Below are positions 1 to 10,336 of a stretch of 64,000 nucleotides of DNA, piece after piece (position 1 is the stretch's first letter; every line of letters starts with the position of its first letter). Source of the DNA: Candidatus Poribacteria bacterium (GTDB lineage Bacteria; Poribacteria; WGA-4E; WGA-3G); NCBI GenBank assembly GCA_964291315.2, contig OZ219753.1, positions 640,001-704,000 of the forward strand, given 5' to 3'. Position numbers and translations under genes: made by a program. The notes below the pieces were generated by a model. It was not told the origin of the DNA, made no database searches, and saw nothing but the letters and a program-made list of their open reading frames with translations.

Positions 1-185
1 CCTTTCCCCAAGTCACAGGCGAGATGTGATGCCGTAGAGGCGCTGCCACCGTTACCAATCACGAAAATCTGTTTTTCAGCGTAATATGCTTCCATAATAA
101 CATCTATGGAACGTTGGACATCTGCTAATGTGAGTCGTGCCAAAACTTCTTGAACATGTGAAATATAAGTTTGTATTCTTTCCAT
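1..185 (-). CDS. SIS-domain sugar-phosphate isomerase (GmhA-like), 5' part; runs off the window start
   Basis: Hand translation from ATG at 185: MERIQTYISHVQEVLARLTLADVQRSIDVIMEAYYAEKQIFVIGNGGSASTASHLACDLGK; GNGGSA..ASH is the GmhA/SIS motif. Not in the ORF track. Confidence 0.85.
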   Translation of the reverse strand, partial: MERIQTYISHVQEVLARLTLADVQRSIDVIMEAYYAEKQIFVIGNGGSASTASHLACDLGK

Positions 186-349
186 TTTGAATTTTTGTTT
201 TCCTTTATTTGGTCTGATGCTACAAAACTTGAACATTTGAAAAATTGCCGTGTAAATGATTAACACATAGTGTTTGCTATCAGGACTAAAATTTATGCTA
301 CAAATAAGACCTCGTAAATGCTAAATTGGTTGCTGACATGCAGTAGAAT

Positions 350-1309
350 TTAGATAACCAGTGCGATAGCAGCGAGATCGCCCAATGCTTCACCTAACTG
401 TGCGCTGGTAATTTCAACCGCTTCGGCGGGGCGCGTCATGGCAAATTCTGAAACCGTCTTCCGGATCGGGTCGAGTAAAAGATCACCGGCAGCAATCGCA
501 ATTGTTCCCAGTAAAACGATATCGGGGTTCAAAATGTTGACCAAATTGGCGATCCCCCAGCCCATGTAATATGCAGTCTCTTCGACGATCCGCAATGCTA
601 AGCCATCGCCTCGACGTGCGGCTTCAAGTACGTGTTCCGATCTAACATCTTCGATACATCCATCGGTAAGGTCTAAAAGTGCAGTTATTGATGGGTCTTC
701 ATTTCGGATTGCCGCTTGGGCTCGGCCTGCAATAGCTGGACCTGAGCAGAGGGCTTCAAGGCATCCACGCTTGCCGCATCCGCAGGGCGGTCCGTCTGGC
801 AGAAGTATCTGATGTCCGACTTCTCCCGCACTGTCGTTAGCTCCATGATAGACTTGTCCATTAAGGACTATACCGCCGCCGATGCCTGTGCTCATCGTCA
901 TATAGAGAACAGCATTGTGACCGCGGCCGCCGCCGAATCTGTATTCTGCAAGTGCACTTGCATTGGCATCGTTCTCAATGGTCACAGGAATCTGGGACTT
1001 AGATTCTATGAGCGCTTTCAGAGGTAGGGCATTCCACCCGGGCAAATTGGGCGGTGAATAAACTACTCCAGTTTTTGTATCTAATGGCCCGCCGCAACTC
1101 ACGCCTATCGCCGAAATTGCCTTCCGTTTTAGTCTTGCCCATTCGAGGGTCTCGTGAATCATATCAAACAGCAATTGGAGTGTGTATTCCGGCCCTCTTT
1201 CGGCAAAGGTTAGTCTACGTACTTTGTTGAGAATATGTCCGGTACTATCAGCAACAACAGTAGCAAGTTTTGTTCCTCCGATGTCAATGCCGACAACGTG
1301 TCTCTTCAT
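350..1309 (-). CDS. ROK family sugar kinase (glucokinase-like)
   Basis: GIDIGGTK, ENDANA, STGIGGG, GEVGH and the CGCGKRGCLE Zn motif. Confidence 0.93.
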   Translation of the reverse strand: MKRHVVGIDIGGTKLATVVADSTGHILNKVRRLTFAERGPEYTLQLLFDMIHETLEWARLKRKAISAIGVSCGGPLDTKTGVVYSPPNLPGWNALPLKALIESKSQIPVTIENDANASALAEYRFGGGRGHNAVLYMTMSTGIGGGIVLNGQVYHGANDSAGEVGHQILLPDGPPCGCGKRGCLEALCSGPAIAGRAQAAIRNEDPSITALLDLTDGCIEDVRSEHVLEAARRGDGLALRIVEETAYYMGWGIANLVNILNPDIVLLGTIAIAAGDLLLDPIRKTVSEFAMTRPAEAVEITSAQLGEALGDLAAIALVI

Positions 1310-1442
1310 TTGTGTGGATCCGTCCAGAGCGATGTGCCGGGTTTCGTCTTTCCGGCGGGCTTAAATCTCCTGAAAAACTGTGGGCCTCCGGCGTAAATAC
1401 ACCTAGAATTATGGCCTGTTTAACCCAAACTACGTACTGGTA

Positions 1443-2948
1443 TTATACCTTGCAATTGAGGGCATGTAGCGCCGGATAAATCTGTTCATAGGTTTTTAAT
1501 TTTTCGTTGTAACGCTGTGCGACTGCCTCACGCGGATAGTATAGATCACGCGGCGTAACTAACTGCTGAACAGCCGTTTCAATAGAATCATACTTTCCGA
1601 TTGCTGTCCCAGCTAGGATAGCAGTACCGAGACATACCCCCTCGGATATATCAAGCGCTGTTACTTTTTTCCCAAACATGTCGGCTTTAAGCTGGAGCCA
1701 CTTCTCGGACTTCGCGCCGCCACCGATGGCACGCACCTCGTTGATTACGACACCTGCGTCCTGCAACATAGCAAGATTCTGTTTAATTTCATAACTAATG
1801 CCTTCCAAAATTGCTTTGATGAGCTCGCCCTTTGTTGTTGAAAGTGTTAGTCCAACAATTGCCCCTTTCGATTCTAGATCGAGATGTGGGGTTCCTGAAC
1901 CCGTGAAGTGAGGAAGCACCATTGCTGTTCCCGGATCATCGGGTAACTTTTCCATCAATATATCGTAAACATCACGTCCTTCTGACTCCGCTTGGACGAT
2001 CTCTGCTTGTGCAAGCGTGTCTCTGAACCATCGCAGTACAACACCACCGCTGGATACAAAACCTAGTGTCACGTACAACCCATCCACGACATGTGGATAG
2101 CAAGCAAAATTACCGTCTATCATTTGTTGGTTGATAATAGGTTCCGTAAAAGTTGGTGCAATACATTCAACGGTACCGGTTGCATCCATAACCTGACCAC
2201 TCCGGATGCTCCCCGATCCTAGAGCACCACACGGTTGGTCGTGTCCGCCTGTAACGCATACAACACCTTGCGGTAGACCGAGGCTTGTAGCCACCTTGGG
2301 GTCTACTCCACCGATGACTGTTCCTGAGGGGGCGGTATCCGGAAAAAGGGATACATCTATACCCGCGAGGCCGAGCATTTTTTCCGACCATGATTTGTTG
2401 ATAATATCAAACGCCATTGTGCGAGCAGCGAGGGAGTAGTCCACAACTGGCGCAGCACCGAGTTTGAAATAAACGAAATCCTCGAAACCGAGGAATTTCC
2501 ATACCTGTCGATAGATGTCCGGTTGATTCCTCCGCATCCAGACGAGTTTCGCTAAGGTATGAATATCGCTTATCGGCATCCCGGTGATTTGCATCACTTC
2601 AAGCGGTGTTATGCATTCTCTAAGTTCAGCGCAGATGCCGGACGTGCGTGCATCGAAAGTGGTAATAGCGTTTGCTAAAACCTGTCTATCAGCGGATACC
2701 GGGGTTACAGCTTCGCCCTGTGAAGCAACACAGATTGCCTCAATCGGATCAGATTTTGCTTGTGTTGCAACCTGCTGGATGCCGGTTGCTATGTTCTCCC
2801 AGACGACATTCGCGTCAAGTTCGGACCAGCCGGGTTGCGGGTGGATCAACGGATACTCACCATACGCTTGTTCGAGAACAGTGCCATCTTCGCGAAAGGC
2901 GATAACTTTACATCCTGTTGTTCCTACGTCAATACCCAAAAGACTCAT
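1443..2948 (-). CDS. FGGY family carbohydrate kinase (xylulokinase-like)
   Basis: LGIDVGTT, GGHDQ, ATGT, ILEGI, IGGGAKS motifs; start moved to MSLLGID at 2948. Confidence 0.92.
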   Translation of the reverse strand: MSLLGIDVGTTGCKVIAFREDGTVLEQAYGEYPLIHPQPGWSELDANVVWENIATGIQQVATQAKSDPIEAICVASQGEAVTPVSADRQVLANAITTFDARTSGICAELRECITPLEVMQITGMPISDIHTLAKLVWMRRNQPDIYRQVWKFLGFEDFVYFKLGAAPVVDYSLAARTMAFDIINKSWSEKMLGLAGIDVSLFPDTAPSGTVIGGVDPKVATSLGLPQGVVCVTGGHDQPCGALGSGSIRSGQVMDATGTVECIAPTFTEPIINQQMIDGNFACYPHVVDGLYVTLGFVSSGGVVLRWFRDTLAQAEIVQAESEGRDVYDILMEKLPDDPGTAMVLPHFTGSGTPHLDLESKGAIVGLTLSTTKGELIKAILEGISYEIKQNLAMLQDAGVVINEVRAIGGGAKSEKWLQLKADMFGKKVTALDISEGVCLGTAILAGTAIGKYDSIETAVQQLVTPRDLYYPREAVAQRYNEKLKTYEQIYPALHALNCKV

Positions 2949-3346
2949 TGATTTTTTTCCTTTTCTGCTTGATAGGGAATACAAACATGATATAACAGAT
3001 TGTAAATTAATGCAAGTATTTGTTTTTATCTTAGTTGTCGGTGGGCAAAAAGGAGAACTAATTGAAGCATGTTCCTAAAAGGAGGAGTTGAGATATGGGT
3101 ACAAGCCGGAGCTCGCTTTTACAAAGAGGAAGTGAATCGAAATACAACGTCCGGATGAGGCATCCTCGGCTATTTTATAGATCGGCAATCCCGTAAATCC
3201 TGATTTTGACAACCTCTTGGCAAAATATACCTGCATCCGCAAACACAAAGTAGGTTGACAAATGAAGGATTTTGAAGTTAGAATGGAGAGCAAGTAAAAT
3301 TTTCGGTAAGCAGTGAACACGTTCAATAGCAACAAGGAGGCTGAAC

Positions 3347-4129
3347 ATGCTAATGCAAGAACAAGTCGAATTTTACCATGAGAACGGTTATCTTAAGGTA
3401 GATCAACTTTTTACACCTGGAGAGACAAAAGAGCTGGCATCTGAAATGGTAAAAATTATCAACAATTGGGGGCAGGAGACGATCGGCTGGCCAGGCCCTT
3501 GGCGTACACGCTACCTCAAGGAAGAAGACCAGCAAACGACGAAGGCTGTCTTTATGCACAATCCACATTTCTACTCGGCAACATGGGGTCGAGTGATTTT
3601 CCATGAACGCTTGACAGGTGCGGTGCAATCCCTCATCGGTGATACTATTCAGTGGCATCATACAGTGCTACACGCAAAACCACCAGAAAGAGGTACGCCC
3701 TTTCCGATGCATCAAGACTATCCATTCTACCCACACGATGGTCTTGATTTCGTCGATTGTCTTGTCCATCTTGACGACGCTCCGTTTGAGAGTGGGGCTC
3801 TGCGGGTCGTCCCTGGTAGTCATAAGGAGGGACCGCGGGAACACATCACCGGTGAAGGTACAGCTCCACACCTACCTACCGACAAATTCCATCCGGATTT
3901 TGTCGACTCGATCCCGATCCCGGCGAAAGCAGGGGATGTCATCTTCTTTAGTTATTGCCTTATCCATTGGTCGGAAGTCAATCGGACAGATCAGTGGCGG
4001 AAAGCGGTTCGCTTCGGGTACCACACGCCTGAAATGCGCCCGGTTGGGCGCCCGGCAGAAGAACCTTATAATAATATTATGGCGGGCGGGTTCAAAATGA
4101 ATCCAGCTTCTGATGGAATAATGGCTTAG
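3347..4129 (+). CDS. Phytanoyl-CoA dioxygenase (PhyH) family Fe(II)/2-oxoglutarate dioxygenase
   Basis: FYHENGY, HQD iron motif, VVPGSH, AGDVIFF..IH.S..N...R; AAGGAGG ribosome-binding site. Confidence 0.92.
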   Translation: MLMQEQVEFYHENGYLKVDQLFTPGETKELASEMVKIINNWGQETIGWPGPWRTRYLKEEDQQTTKAVFMHNPHFYSATWGRVIFHERLTGAVQSLIGDTIQWHHTVLHAKPPERGTPFPMHQDYPFYPHDGLDFVDCLVHLDDAPFESGALRVVPGSHKEGPREHITGEGTAPHLPTDKFHPDFVDSIPIPAKAGDVIFFSYCLIHWSEVNRTDQWRKAVRFGYHTPEMRPVGRPAEEPYNNIMAGGFKMNPASDGIMA

Positions 4130-4284
4130 TGGACGCGGATGGTGTCTTTCGCTGTCAGTATTGGCGATTAGGGAGAGGAGACCTGTGACATCGGGTTTAA
4201 GCAGCCTGTGTGGTGATGCCTCGGATTTAACACAGATTGCGTCTCCTTTGTAAATAGGCGTGGAATATTTTAACGAAACTATAA

Positions 4285-4311
4285 GGGGCGGGCATGTTCT
4301 TTGTCCGCCCC
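4285..4311. terminator. GC-rich hairpin between convergent genes, probable intrinsic terminator
   Basis: GGGGCGGGCA / TGTCCGCCCC stem, 15 nt downstream of the LamG gene stop. Confidence 0.6.
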
Positions 4312-4325
4312 CGTTAAAAAAATTA

Positions 4326-5153
4326 TTATCGACGTTTTATATTCCCCCAAGTGGTCGTTAGTTTCCCATCTGGCTGAACAGCCAACCCTCCAATTGTATT
4401 CATAGCAAGGTTCATCTCATCGATGTCAATTACTCTTTCCCACATATAGACCTCGGCGATCACAGCGTTTAACCATTGTCCATCCTCGCGGTGTGCGATG
4501 AATACAGGACGGTTGCCGGTTTCACAAGGCCCCTGGCCGTTATCGGGTGCTTCGGCGACTGGGTCCTTCTCTCCGTCCACATAAACCCGGACCCCTTCTT
4601 CCAATTGAAAGGTACCGCATTGATGGATCCATTTCCCTTGTGGTGCTGTGCCCGGCCCGTTGGGTTCAGAAACACCAGTGCCCGGACACGTCCAGACCGA
4701 CATTCCTGCCCCGAAATCGTCGTAAACATAGAGCGAGAATTCCCACTGTCCGCCAGAACCTTTCATGACGATCGGCTGCCGGGTTTGTGCATGGGGATCG
4801 GTTCCAACTTTTAGCACCTTCACCCATGCACAGATAGTGATGCCTTTGCTTTTATCAAAGTGAGAATCGAGGTCTTTGTTTTGACCAGCCATATCAATTT
4901 TGATGTAGGTTGATTTGCCGTCAAACTCCATCGCTTGCCCAAGGTCGTCTTGTTTGGCATCGACCCATTTGGGGGCAGTTTTACTGAGTTCCGTGTCAAA
5001 ATTGTGGGGCCCGTGGTCGACGACCTTGTTTCCTGCTCCTTCGTTCATAGGTAGATACATCCAAAGCCCCTCTTCTATATCAGCAGCAGAGGCAAGGAGT
5101 GTCGCTGCGGAAAGTGCAGCTATCAGCAGCGTGAAAAATATAACGTGACGCAT
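4326..5153 (-). CDS. Secreted LamG/concanavalin-like domain protein with C-terminal KLTTTWGNIK motif
   Basis: Signal peptide; YLPMNEGAG, AMEFDG, TICAWVK, RVYVDG; AGGAGG 6 nt before ATG 5153. Confidence 0.85.
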   Translation of the reverse strand: MRHVIFFTLLIAALSAATLLASAADIEEGLWMYLPMNEGAGNKVVDHGPHNFDTELSKTAPKWVDAKQDDLGQAMEFDGKSTYIKIDMAGQNKDLDSHFDKSKGITICAWVKVLKVGTDPHAQTRQPIVMKGSGGQWEFSLYVYDDFGAGMSVWTCPGTGVSEPNGPGTAPQGKWIHQCGTFQLEEGVRVYVDGEKDPVAEAPDNGQGPCETGNRPVFIAHREDGQWLNAVIAEVYMWERVIDIDEMNLAMNTIGGLAVQPDGKLTTTWGNIKRR

Positions 5154-5330
5154 TTTCATCCTCCTAAGTGATCGAGATTTCCACAAGCTCCATGAAGCTG
5201 TCTTGTTCAAAGCAAAACTTTTGGGAATTGTGGTTTATAAGTTTTAACATAACAATACAAAATTGGACCAGCTAATTAGCAGACTTAATTATTAATTTGG
5301 ACAAATTGTTGAGAAATTGGTTTGGATTCT

Positions 5331-5655
5331 CTAACGGGTGAATCGGCCGTTCCCTATGTTTCGGTAGGGCTGTGCGGTATTGCCTGCTGCCTCTGCGGAT
5401 TTTCAAGTTATTTCGTTTCCGATCAGAATGTCCGAATTCCTGTTAGAATCGTAATCCAAAAAGCACATCCGCATTGTTCCAAATATGTACGTACCCTTCA
5501 CCCGTTGCACCAATGAAGTGCCGAAATTCGATACTGGACGGATGAGAAGCGTTTGTAAATGTAACATCTGCTTTGACAAAGACATAAAGACAAACCAAGA
5601 CGTAGGCGATAGTAAAGGTCGACATGAAGTATCTTTTGTATGAGTTTTCCACCAC
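5331..5655 (-). pseudogene. Eroded remnant of a CRTAC1/ASPIC-UnbV (FG-GAP repeat) family gene
   Basis: Collinear pieces in different frames: signal-like start then VTFTNAS..SSIEFRHFIGATGE; YIFGTM..CFLDYDSNRNSDILIGN; PYRNIGNGRFTR-stop. Confidence 0.6.
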
Positions 5656-5667
5656 TATAAGACAACA

Positions 5668-6660
5668 TCAGGCTTTGTAAAACTCGACCGTTGTTCCAGC
5701 CATATCCTCAACCTTTTCTATGAGTGCTTGGCGTTCAGTATCTTCCATGCCCGTGAAATTTTTGGCGATGTCTATTTTCTCTTGCATCTGCGCTGCATTG
5801 TCTGGTCCGGTAACAAGTGTACTTACTGGTAAGGACCAGACGAACCGAACTGCTTCTGGAATGCTGACTCTATCAGGGACAACCTTTGGATGTGATCCAT
5901 GTTTACCGTGCTGCGTGCCACCGAAAAAACCCCCATTTGCAAGAGCCTTCATTCCAATCACCCCTATATTACGTTCGACGAGGGTCGGGACGACTTTTTC
6001 AATGAAACTCTCGTAAGCTACATCAACAAGGTTCGTTGATAATTGACACGCATCGAAAATATCGGTCCGTTCAAGCATCCGTTCATGAGCTGCAGGACTC
6101 GAATGCCCTGTGAATCCGATATAGCGCGTTTTTCCTGTTTCCTTTGCTTCTATCATTATATCAAGGATGCTATTATCAATCCGTTCATCTACATCCGCGG
6201 GGTTCCTGATCGCATGCACTTGCCAGAGATCAAGCCAATCGGTATTCAAACGGGCAAGCGAGCCCTCGAGGTGTCTCCAAGCTTCCTCAGCAGTGACAGC
6301 TGTCGTTTTCGTCATAAGAAATACATCGTCACGGTATTTGGGGACCAGTAATTTTCCTAAGCGGCTCTCGCTCCCTCCGGCTTGATAAGATTCTGCACTA
6401 TCAAAGAATCTGACCCCGCCTTCCAACGCCGTCTCAATTGTTTTTTGAGCTTCGGCTTCTGGCATTTCTCCTATATGCCATCCGCCAACTGCAAGCATAG
6501 TTACCGCTTCTCCTGTGCGCCCAAGTTTCCGTGTCGGTAGGAGCGTGCCTAAACGATCAGTAGCTGTATTTGCTTCGTCACCTTCTGCACAAGCCGAGGA
6601 TAAAAGGATACCCGTCGTTAGACTTGCCATCGATTTTAAAAATCCGCGTCGATCAATCAT
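5668..6660 (-). CDS. Aldo/keto reductase with twin-arginine signal peptide
   Basis: MIDRRGFLK Tat motif; RFFDSAESY, FLMTK, SLARLNTDWLDLWQVH, RYIGFTGH. Confidence 0.9.
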   Translation of the reverse strand: MIDRRGFLKSMASLTTGILLSSACAEGDEANTATDRLGTLLPTRKLGRTGEAVTMLAVGGWHIGEMPEAEAQKTIETALEGGVRFFDSAESYQAGGSESRLGKLLVPKYRDDVFLMTKTTAVTAEEAWRHLEGSLARLNTDWLDLWQVHAIRNPADVDERIDNSILDIMIEAKETGKTRYIGFTGHSSPAAHERMLERTDIFDACQLSTNLVDVAYESFIEKVVPTLVERNIGVIGMKALANGGFFGGTQHGKHGSHPKVVPDRVSIPEAVRFVWSLPVSTLVTGPDNAAQMQEKIDIAKNFTGMEDTERQALIEKVEDMAGTTVEFYKA

Positions 6661-6981
6661 GGTTTTTACCTCCGTTTTTAATACCTTAAAATATTTCAGA
6701 ATTTTTGTCAACACTTTTCTTTTGTAGCTGTCAATAGTCAAACCTCATTTTAAGGTGACACAAATGTTGTTACAAAACATGCTTATTTATTGGCAGTTAG
6801 CTAACTCTACAACTTTTTCTTGATTTAAACTGGGGTTGGCTATTATAATAATCTAACAAACGGGATATAATACGTTACGTTTTCCGCAGGTGAGTTCACT
6901 GCTATGCGGAAAATGTTGATACGCAAGTAAGACTTTGGACAGGCTAGCCTGAGACTTTTTAAAACGTCACAGGCTTAACAG

Positions 6982-7190
6982 GAAGAAATTCTTGACAAAC
7001 CCGTTGTGCTTACCTTTGGCGACGAGGAACGGAAATGTAGCAATTCTGACGTTCCCCGGTGTACCGGACCTTGAACATCCATGGGTTCATACGCGATATT
7101 GGAATTTGAGACATATATAGCGTACCTCTCCACGAGTCCACGTGGAAAACGATTACCGTGTCATCGCGCTCCGGGACCTTAGGTGATTAT
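6982..7190 (+). pseudogene. Remnant of a polysaccharide deacetylase gene with a large internal deletion
   Basis: EEILDKPVVLTFGDE (VVLTFDD-like) directly followed by AILTFPGVPDLEHPWVHT, EFETYIAYL and ENDYRVIALRDL in shifting frames. Confidence 0.6.
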
Positions 7191-7284
7191 GTGAAACTTT
7201 AGTGAAATACATTCGGACAGCATGCACGGAGCTGAAAGATACAATAGGTTTGCACCGTTAGAGTACCTACTAACTTTGTACGTT

Positions 7285-7818
7285 ATGCTTAGAGAATTTA
7301 CAAATAGTCTAACCCGATGGGATACTTTGCTGTTTCATCGTATCTTTGGTTGGGGCGATAAAAGAGTCCTGAACCGCTCATTTCGTAGCATTTCTTGGAG
7401 CGCAAATGGGTGTTTATACCCGTTTATCGGACTTTATGTACACCTGACGTTCGGAGGGGCTACCAGCAAGCCATTTCTGCTATCAGCAGCACTTGCATTT
7501 CCGCTTGAGAGACTCCTCTACCACCTTATCAAACAATCAATGAAACGTGACCGACCCTACGAGCGGATTGTAGATGTTCACTTTCGCGTGCGTCCGCCCG
7601 ATCGATTTAGTTTTCCATCAGGACACACTGCCTCTGCTTTTCTGATGATGACATTGTTGGCGAATACCTTTCCGACCTTACAGCTCCCGACGTTTAGCTG
7701 GGCAATTTCGGTCGGCGTTGCACGCGTATATCTCGGTGTCCACTATCCGACCGATGTGCTCGCGGGTGCACTACTAGGTATACTTGCAGGACAAATAGGG
7801 ATGTGGTTTATGATGTAG
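7285..7818 (+). CDS. PAP2 family membrane phosphatase
   Basis: K....RDRP, SFPSGH and ARVYLGVHYPTDV motifs; hydrophobic segments. Confidence 0.92.
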   Translation: MLREFTNSLTRWDTLLFHRIFGWGDKRVLNRSFRSISWSANGCLYPFIGLYVHLTFGGATSKPFLLSAALAFPLERLLYHLIKQSMKRDRPYERIVDVHFRVRPPDRFSFPSGHTASAFLMMTLLANTFPTLQLPTFSWAISVGVARVYLGVHYPTDVLAGALLGILAGQIGMWFMM

Positions 7819-7831
7819 GAGGAGCTATTCA

Positions 7832-7995
7832 ATGAAAAAATATCTTGTTTATTTGTGGTTCGATGAATATCACAACCCAAATGCGGCAAATCGCAACCAA
7901 CATCCAGAATAGGACAAATGTTTCACACTGTTTTATGCGGAGGGCTTCATCAAACTCCTAAACAAGCTCAACCTCTCGAGTTCACACCGCTCTTT
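7832..7995 (+). pseudogene. Frameshifted N-terminal remnant of a conserved, possibly glycosyltransferase-like protein
   Basis: GGAGG site, then MKK / ILFICGSMNITTQMRQIA / HPE*DKCFTLFYAEGFIKLLNKLNL / EFTPL across frameshifts and a stop. Confidence 0.4.
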
Positions 7996-8008
7996 AAAGA
8001 GATGCGTT

Positions 8009-9247
8009 TTACTTCTTCACTGCGCCAAATGTGACACCCCGGAGTAAATGGTTACGCATCAAGAAGGTAAAAACAGCAACCGGCAGCAGAAAGACAAAGG
8101 TGCCAGCAGCGATTTTGCCCCAATCCATCCCTGTAACCCCGGTCGCGCTAGTAATTGAGGGCGGCGCGGTTACGGCTTTGCCGCCGACCTCGGTGAGTAC
8201 CAATGCAAAGACAAACTCGTTCCACGCCGTAATGAGACAAAATACAGCTGTTGCAGCAATGCCTGTAACAGATTGCGGTAAAATCACCTTCAGGAAAGTT
8301 TGGAACCGAGAGTAACCATCAACGAGTGCGGCATCCTCATATTCCTTTGGAATCTCATCAATGAACCCTTTCATGAGCCACACAGCGAACGAAATATTAA
8401 AGGTAGTATAGAGTAAAATCAACCCAAAGTGTGTGTCTCGTAGTCCGAGCGCGCTATACATTAGATAGATTGGAATGACAACGACCACAGGCGGGAGCAT
8501 TCGTGTACTGAGGATAAAAAAGAGCAGATCGTCTTTTCCAGCGACATTGAATCGGGAGAACGCATAAGCCGCAAGCGTTCCAAGTCCTACGGCAAGAATT
8601 GTACTGCCGCCACCGATGATAATACTATTAAGCAGTTGGTAAAAATATTTGGATCCACCACTCGCTAACGCAACGCAAACCGCTATGGTACCAAAAACGC
8701 TCGGCAGGACAAATGTAAGCCTATGTTTTTTTGAAACTTGGGTGGTAACACCTTTTGTTTTCTTGAACGGTGCCACCAAGAAATAGGCTATAACTGTACC
8801 AACAATCAAGAAAAGAAAATTGAAACGGGGGTCCGTTTGGAGACGGCTCTGCAATGGCGGTAGGCTCAGAAAACTATAAAGACAGGTGAAAATGAAAGTC
8901 CCGTTCCAAACCAAGCCGAGACTTCGGAGGGACAGGCCACCAAATGAGGTTGCCTTAACAAGAGAAAAGAGGCCGAAGAGAAGTAAACTGAAAAGCACTT
9001 CTGCTAAGAAGAGATATGTTACGCCCGGTACTCCCTCTGAAGGCATTAACTTCTGATAGTTCTCCAGGGATATACGGAAGATAAACCTCGGAAGTTTTGT
9101 GGTGATATCTGCTAACCCCTTCAGTGACGTTGCCAAGATCCAATAAATCGGAGCGATATAGATAATAACAACTACAGCAACAAATGCTAATATGAGGTAA
9201 TGGCCAAGTTTTTTTCTGTTCCGCATCGTGTTTCCAATTGAAGTCAT
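8009..9247 (-). CDS. Carbohydrate ABC transporter permease (MalG-like) with an extra hydrophobic insertion
   Basis: EYEDAALVDG EAA loop, LLNSIII, AWNEF; 412 aa against about 280 typical. Confidence 0.9.
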   Translation of the reverse strand: MTSIGNTMRNRKKLGHYLILAFVAVVVIIYIAPIYWILATSLKGLADITTKLPRFIFRISLENYQKLMPSEGVPGVTYLFLAEVLFSLLLFGLFSLVKATSFGGLSLRSLGLVWNGTFIFTCLYSFLSLPPLQSRLQTDPRFNFLFLIVGTVIAYFLVAPFKKTKGVTTQVSKKHRLTFVLPSVFGTIAVCVALASGGSKYFYQLLNSIIIGGGSTILAVGLGTLAAYAFSRFNVAGKDDLLFFILSTRMLPPVVVVIPIYLMYSALGLRDTHFGLILLYTTFNISFAVWLMKGFIDEIPKEYEDAALVDGYSRFQTFLKVILPQSVTGIAATAVFCLITAWNEFVFALVLTEVGGKAVTAPPSITSATGVTGMDWGKIAAGTFVFLLPVAVFTFLMRNHLLRGVTFGAVKK

Positions 9248-9326
9248 TTTGCTTTAGTTTTTTGAGGATAGGTCAGAATTTGCGGATCCCGCCCACAGAA
9301 GAACTCGCTAAAAGACCTTGTATCTC

Positions 9327-10238
9327 CTATGTCTCTCCTTTAACACGGTTAAGGTACTTTACGTAGATATTACTCAATGCAACGATAATAATGAGTAAGA
9401 TATATGCCATCGCGCAGGCTTTACCTGTGTTATAGTTGCGAAAGGCGAGTTTGTAGAGGTTCATTGACACAGTTTCCGTGGAGGTGCCAGGGCCGCCTTC
9501 TCGCGTAAGGACATAGACGATGTCGAACATTTTGAAGGCGTCCATCGTTCGGAAAAGGAGGGCGATGAGAAGAAGCGGCGCTACCAACGGTAGTGTTATC
9601 CACCGAAACTTGAACCATGCAGAGGCTCTATCGACATCAGCAGCTTCATAGAGGTATTTAGGAACTGCACTCAGCCCCGCCAAAGCGATTAGCATCATGA
9701 ACGGAGCCCACATCCACGTATCTACAATTACAACTGCTAACATTGCCACTTTCGGATTAGTCGTCCAACCGATAGGTGCCTGCAGGAACGGGGTGAGAAA
9801 AAAGTTTAGTAATCCGGAATTATCCGAGTAAAGGATAAACCGCCAGAAGAGCCCAACCACAACGGGCGATAGCATCATTGGAAGTAAGAGTAGTGTTGTG
9901 ACAAACCCTTTGTATCGAAAATCTCGGTTGAGGAGCAATGCCAATCCGAATCCAATAAAGAATTGTGCAGCGACTGCAAGTAGCACGAAGTAGGCGGTCG
10001 TTTGAAAGTACCCCCAGATATCTGGATCCTGGAGGAGACGTGTATAATTACGCACGCCGATAAATTTCGGAGCTGCAGGCATTGAGGCTTTGTAGCGGTG
10101 AAAACTCAGGTATAGGGACCAAAGCAGTGGGAAGATGTTCATCAAGACGAGCAAGATCATGGTAGGCATGATAAATGCCATCTTCAATTGGTAATCGCTC
10201 ATTCCACGCGAGGTTGTGTAGTGCGGGTTAGTTTGCAT
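9327..10238 (-). CDS. Carbohydrate ABC transporter permease (MalF-like)
   Basis: FIGVRNY, LYEAADVDRA EAA loop, GGPGTSTET. Confidence 0.93.
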   Translation of the reverse strand: MQTNPHYTTSRGMSDYQLKMAFIMPTMILLVLMNIFPLLWSLYLSFHRYKASMPAAPKFIGVRNYTRLLQDPDIWGYFQTTAYFVLLAVAAQFFIGFGLALLLNRDFRYKGFVTTLLLLPMMLSPVVVGLFWRFILYSDNSGLLNFFLTPFLQAPIGWTTNPKVAMLAVVIVDTWMWAPFMMLIALAGLSAVPKYLYEAADVDRASAWFKFRWITLPLVAPLLLIALLFRTMDAFKMFDIVYVLTREGGPGTSTETVSMNLYKLAFRNYNTGKACAMAYILLIIIVALSNIYVKYLNRVKGET

Positions 10239-10336
10239 ATTCTTTACGAAGTCGGGGTAATCATCTAAAAGCGCTCTGCTGGAATGGAAGGGGAAGGGTA
10301 GAAAGAATGGGATTCAATTTTCCACCCTTGTGAGCT

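Noticed and set aside
3040-3260. Fragments resembling rhodanese (LKGGVEIWVQAG) or biotin carboxylase (PDFDNLLAK), and a short ORF after AGGAGG
   Set aside because: Too short and mutually inconsistent to assign without a search.
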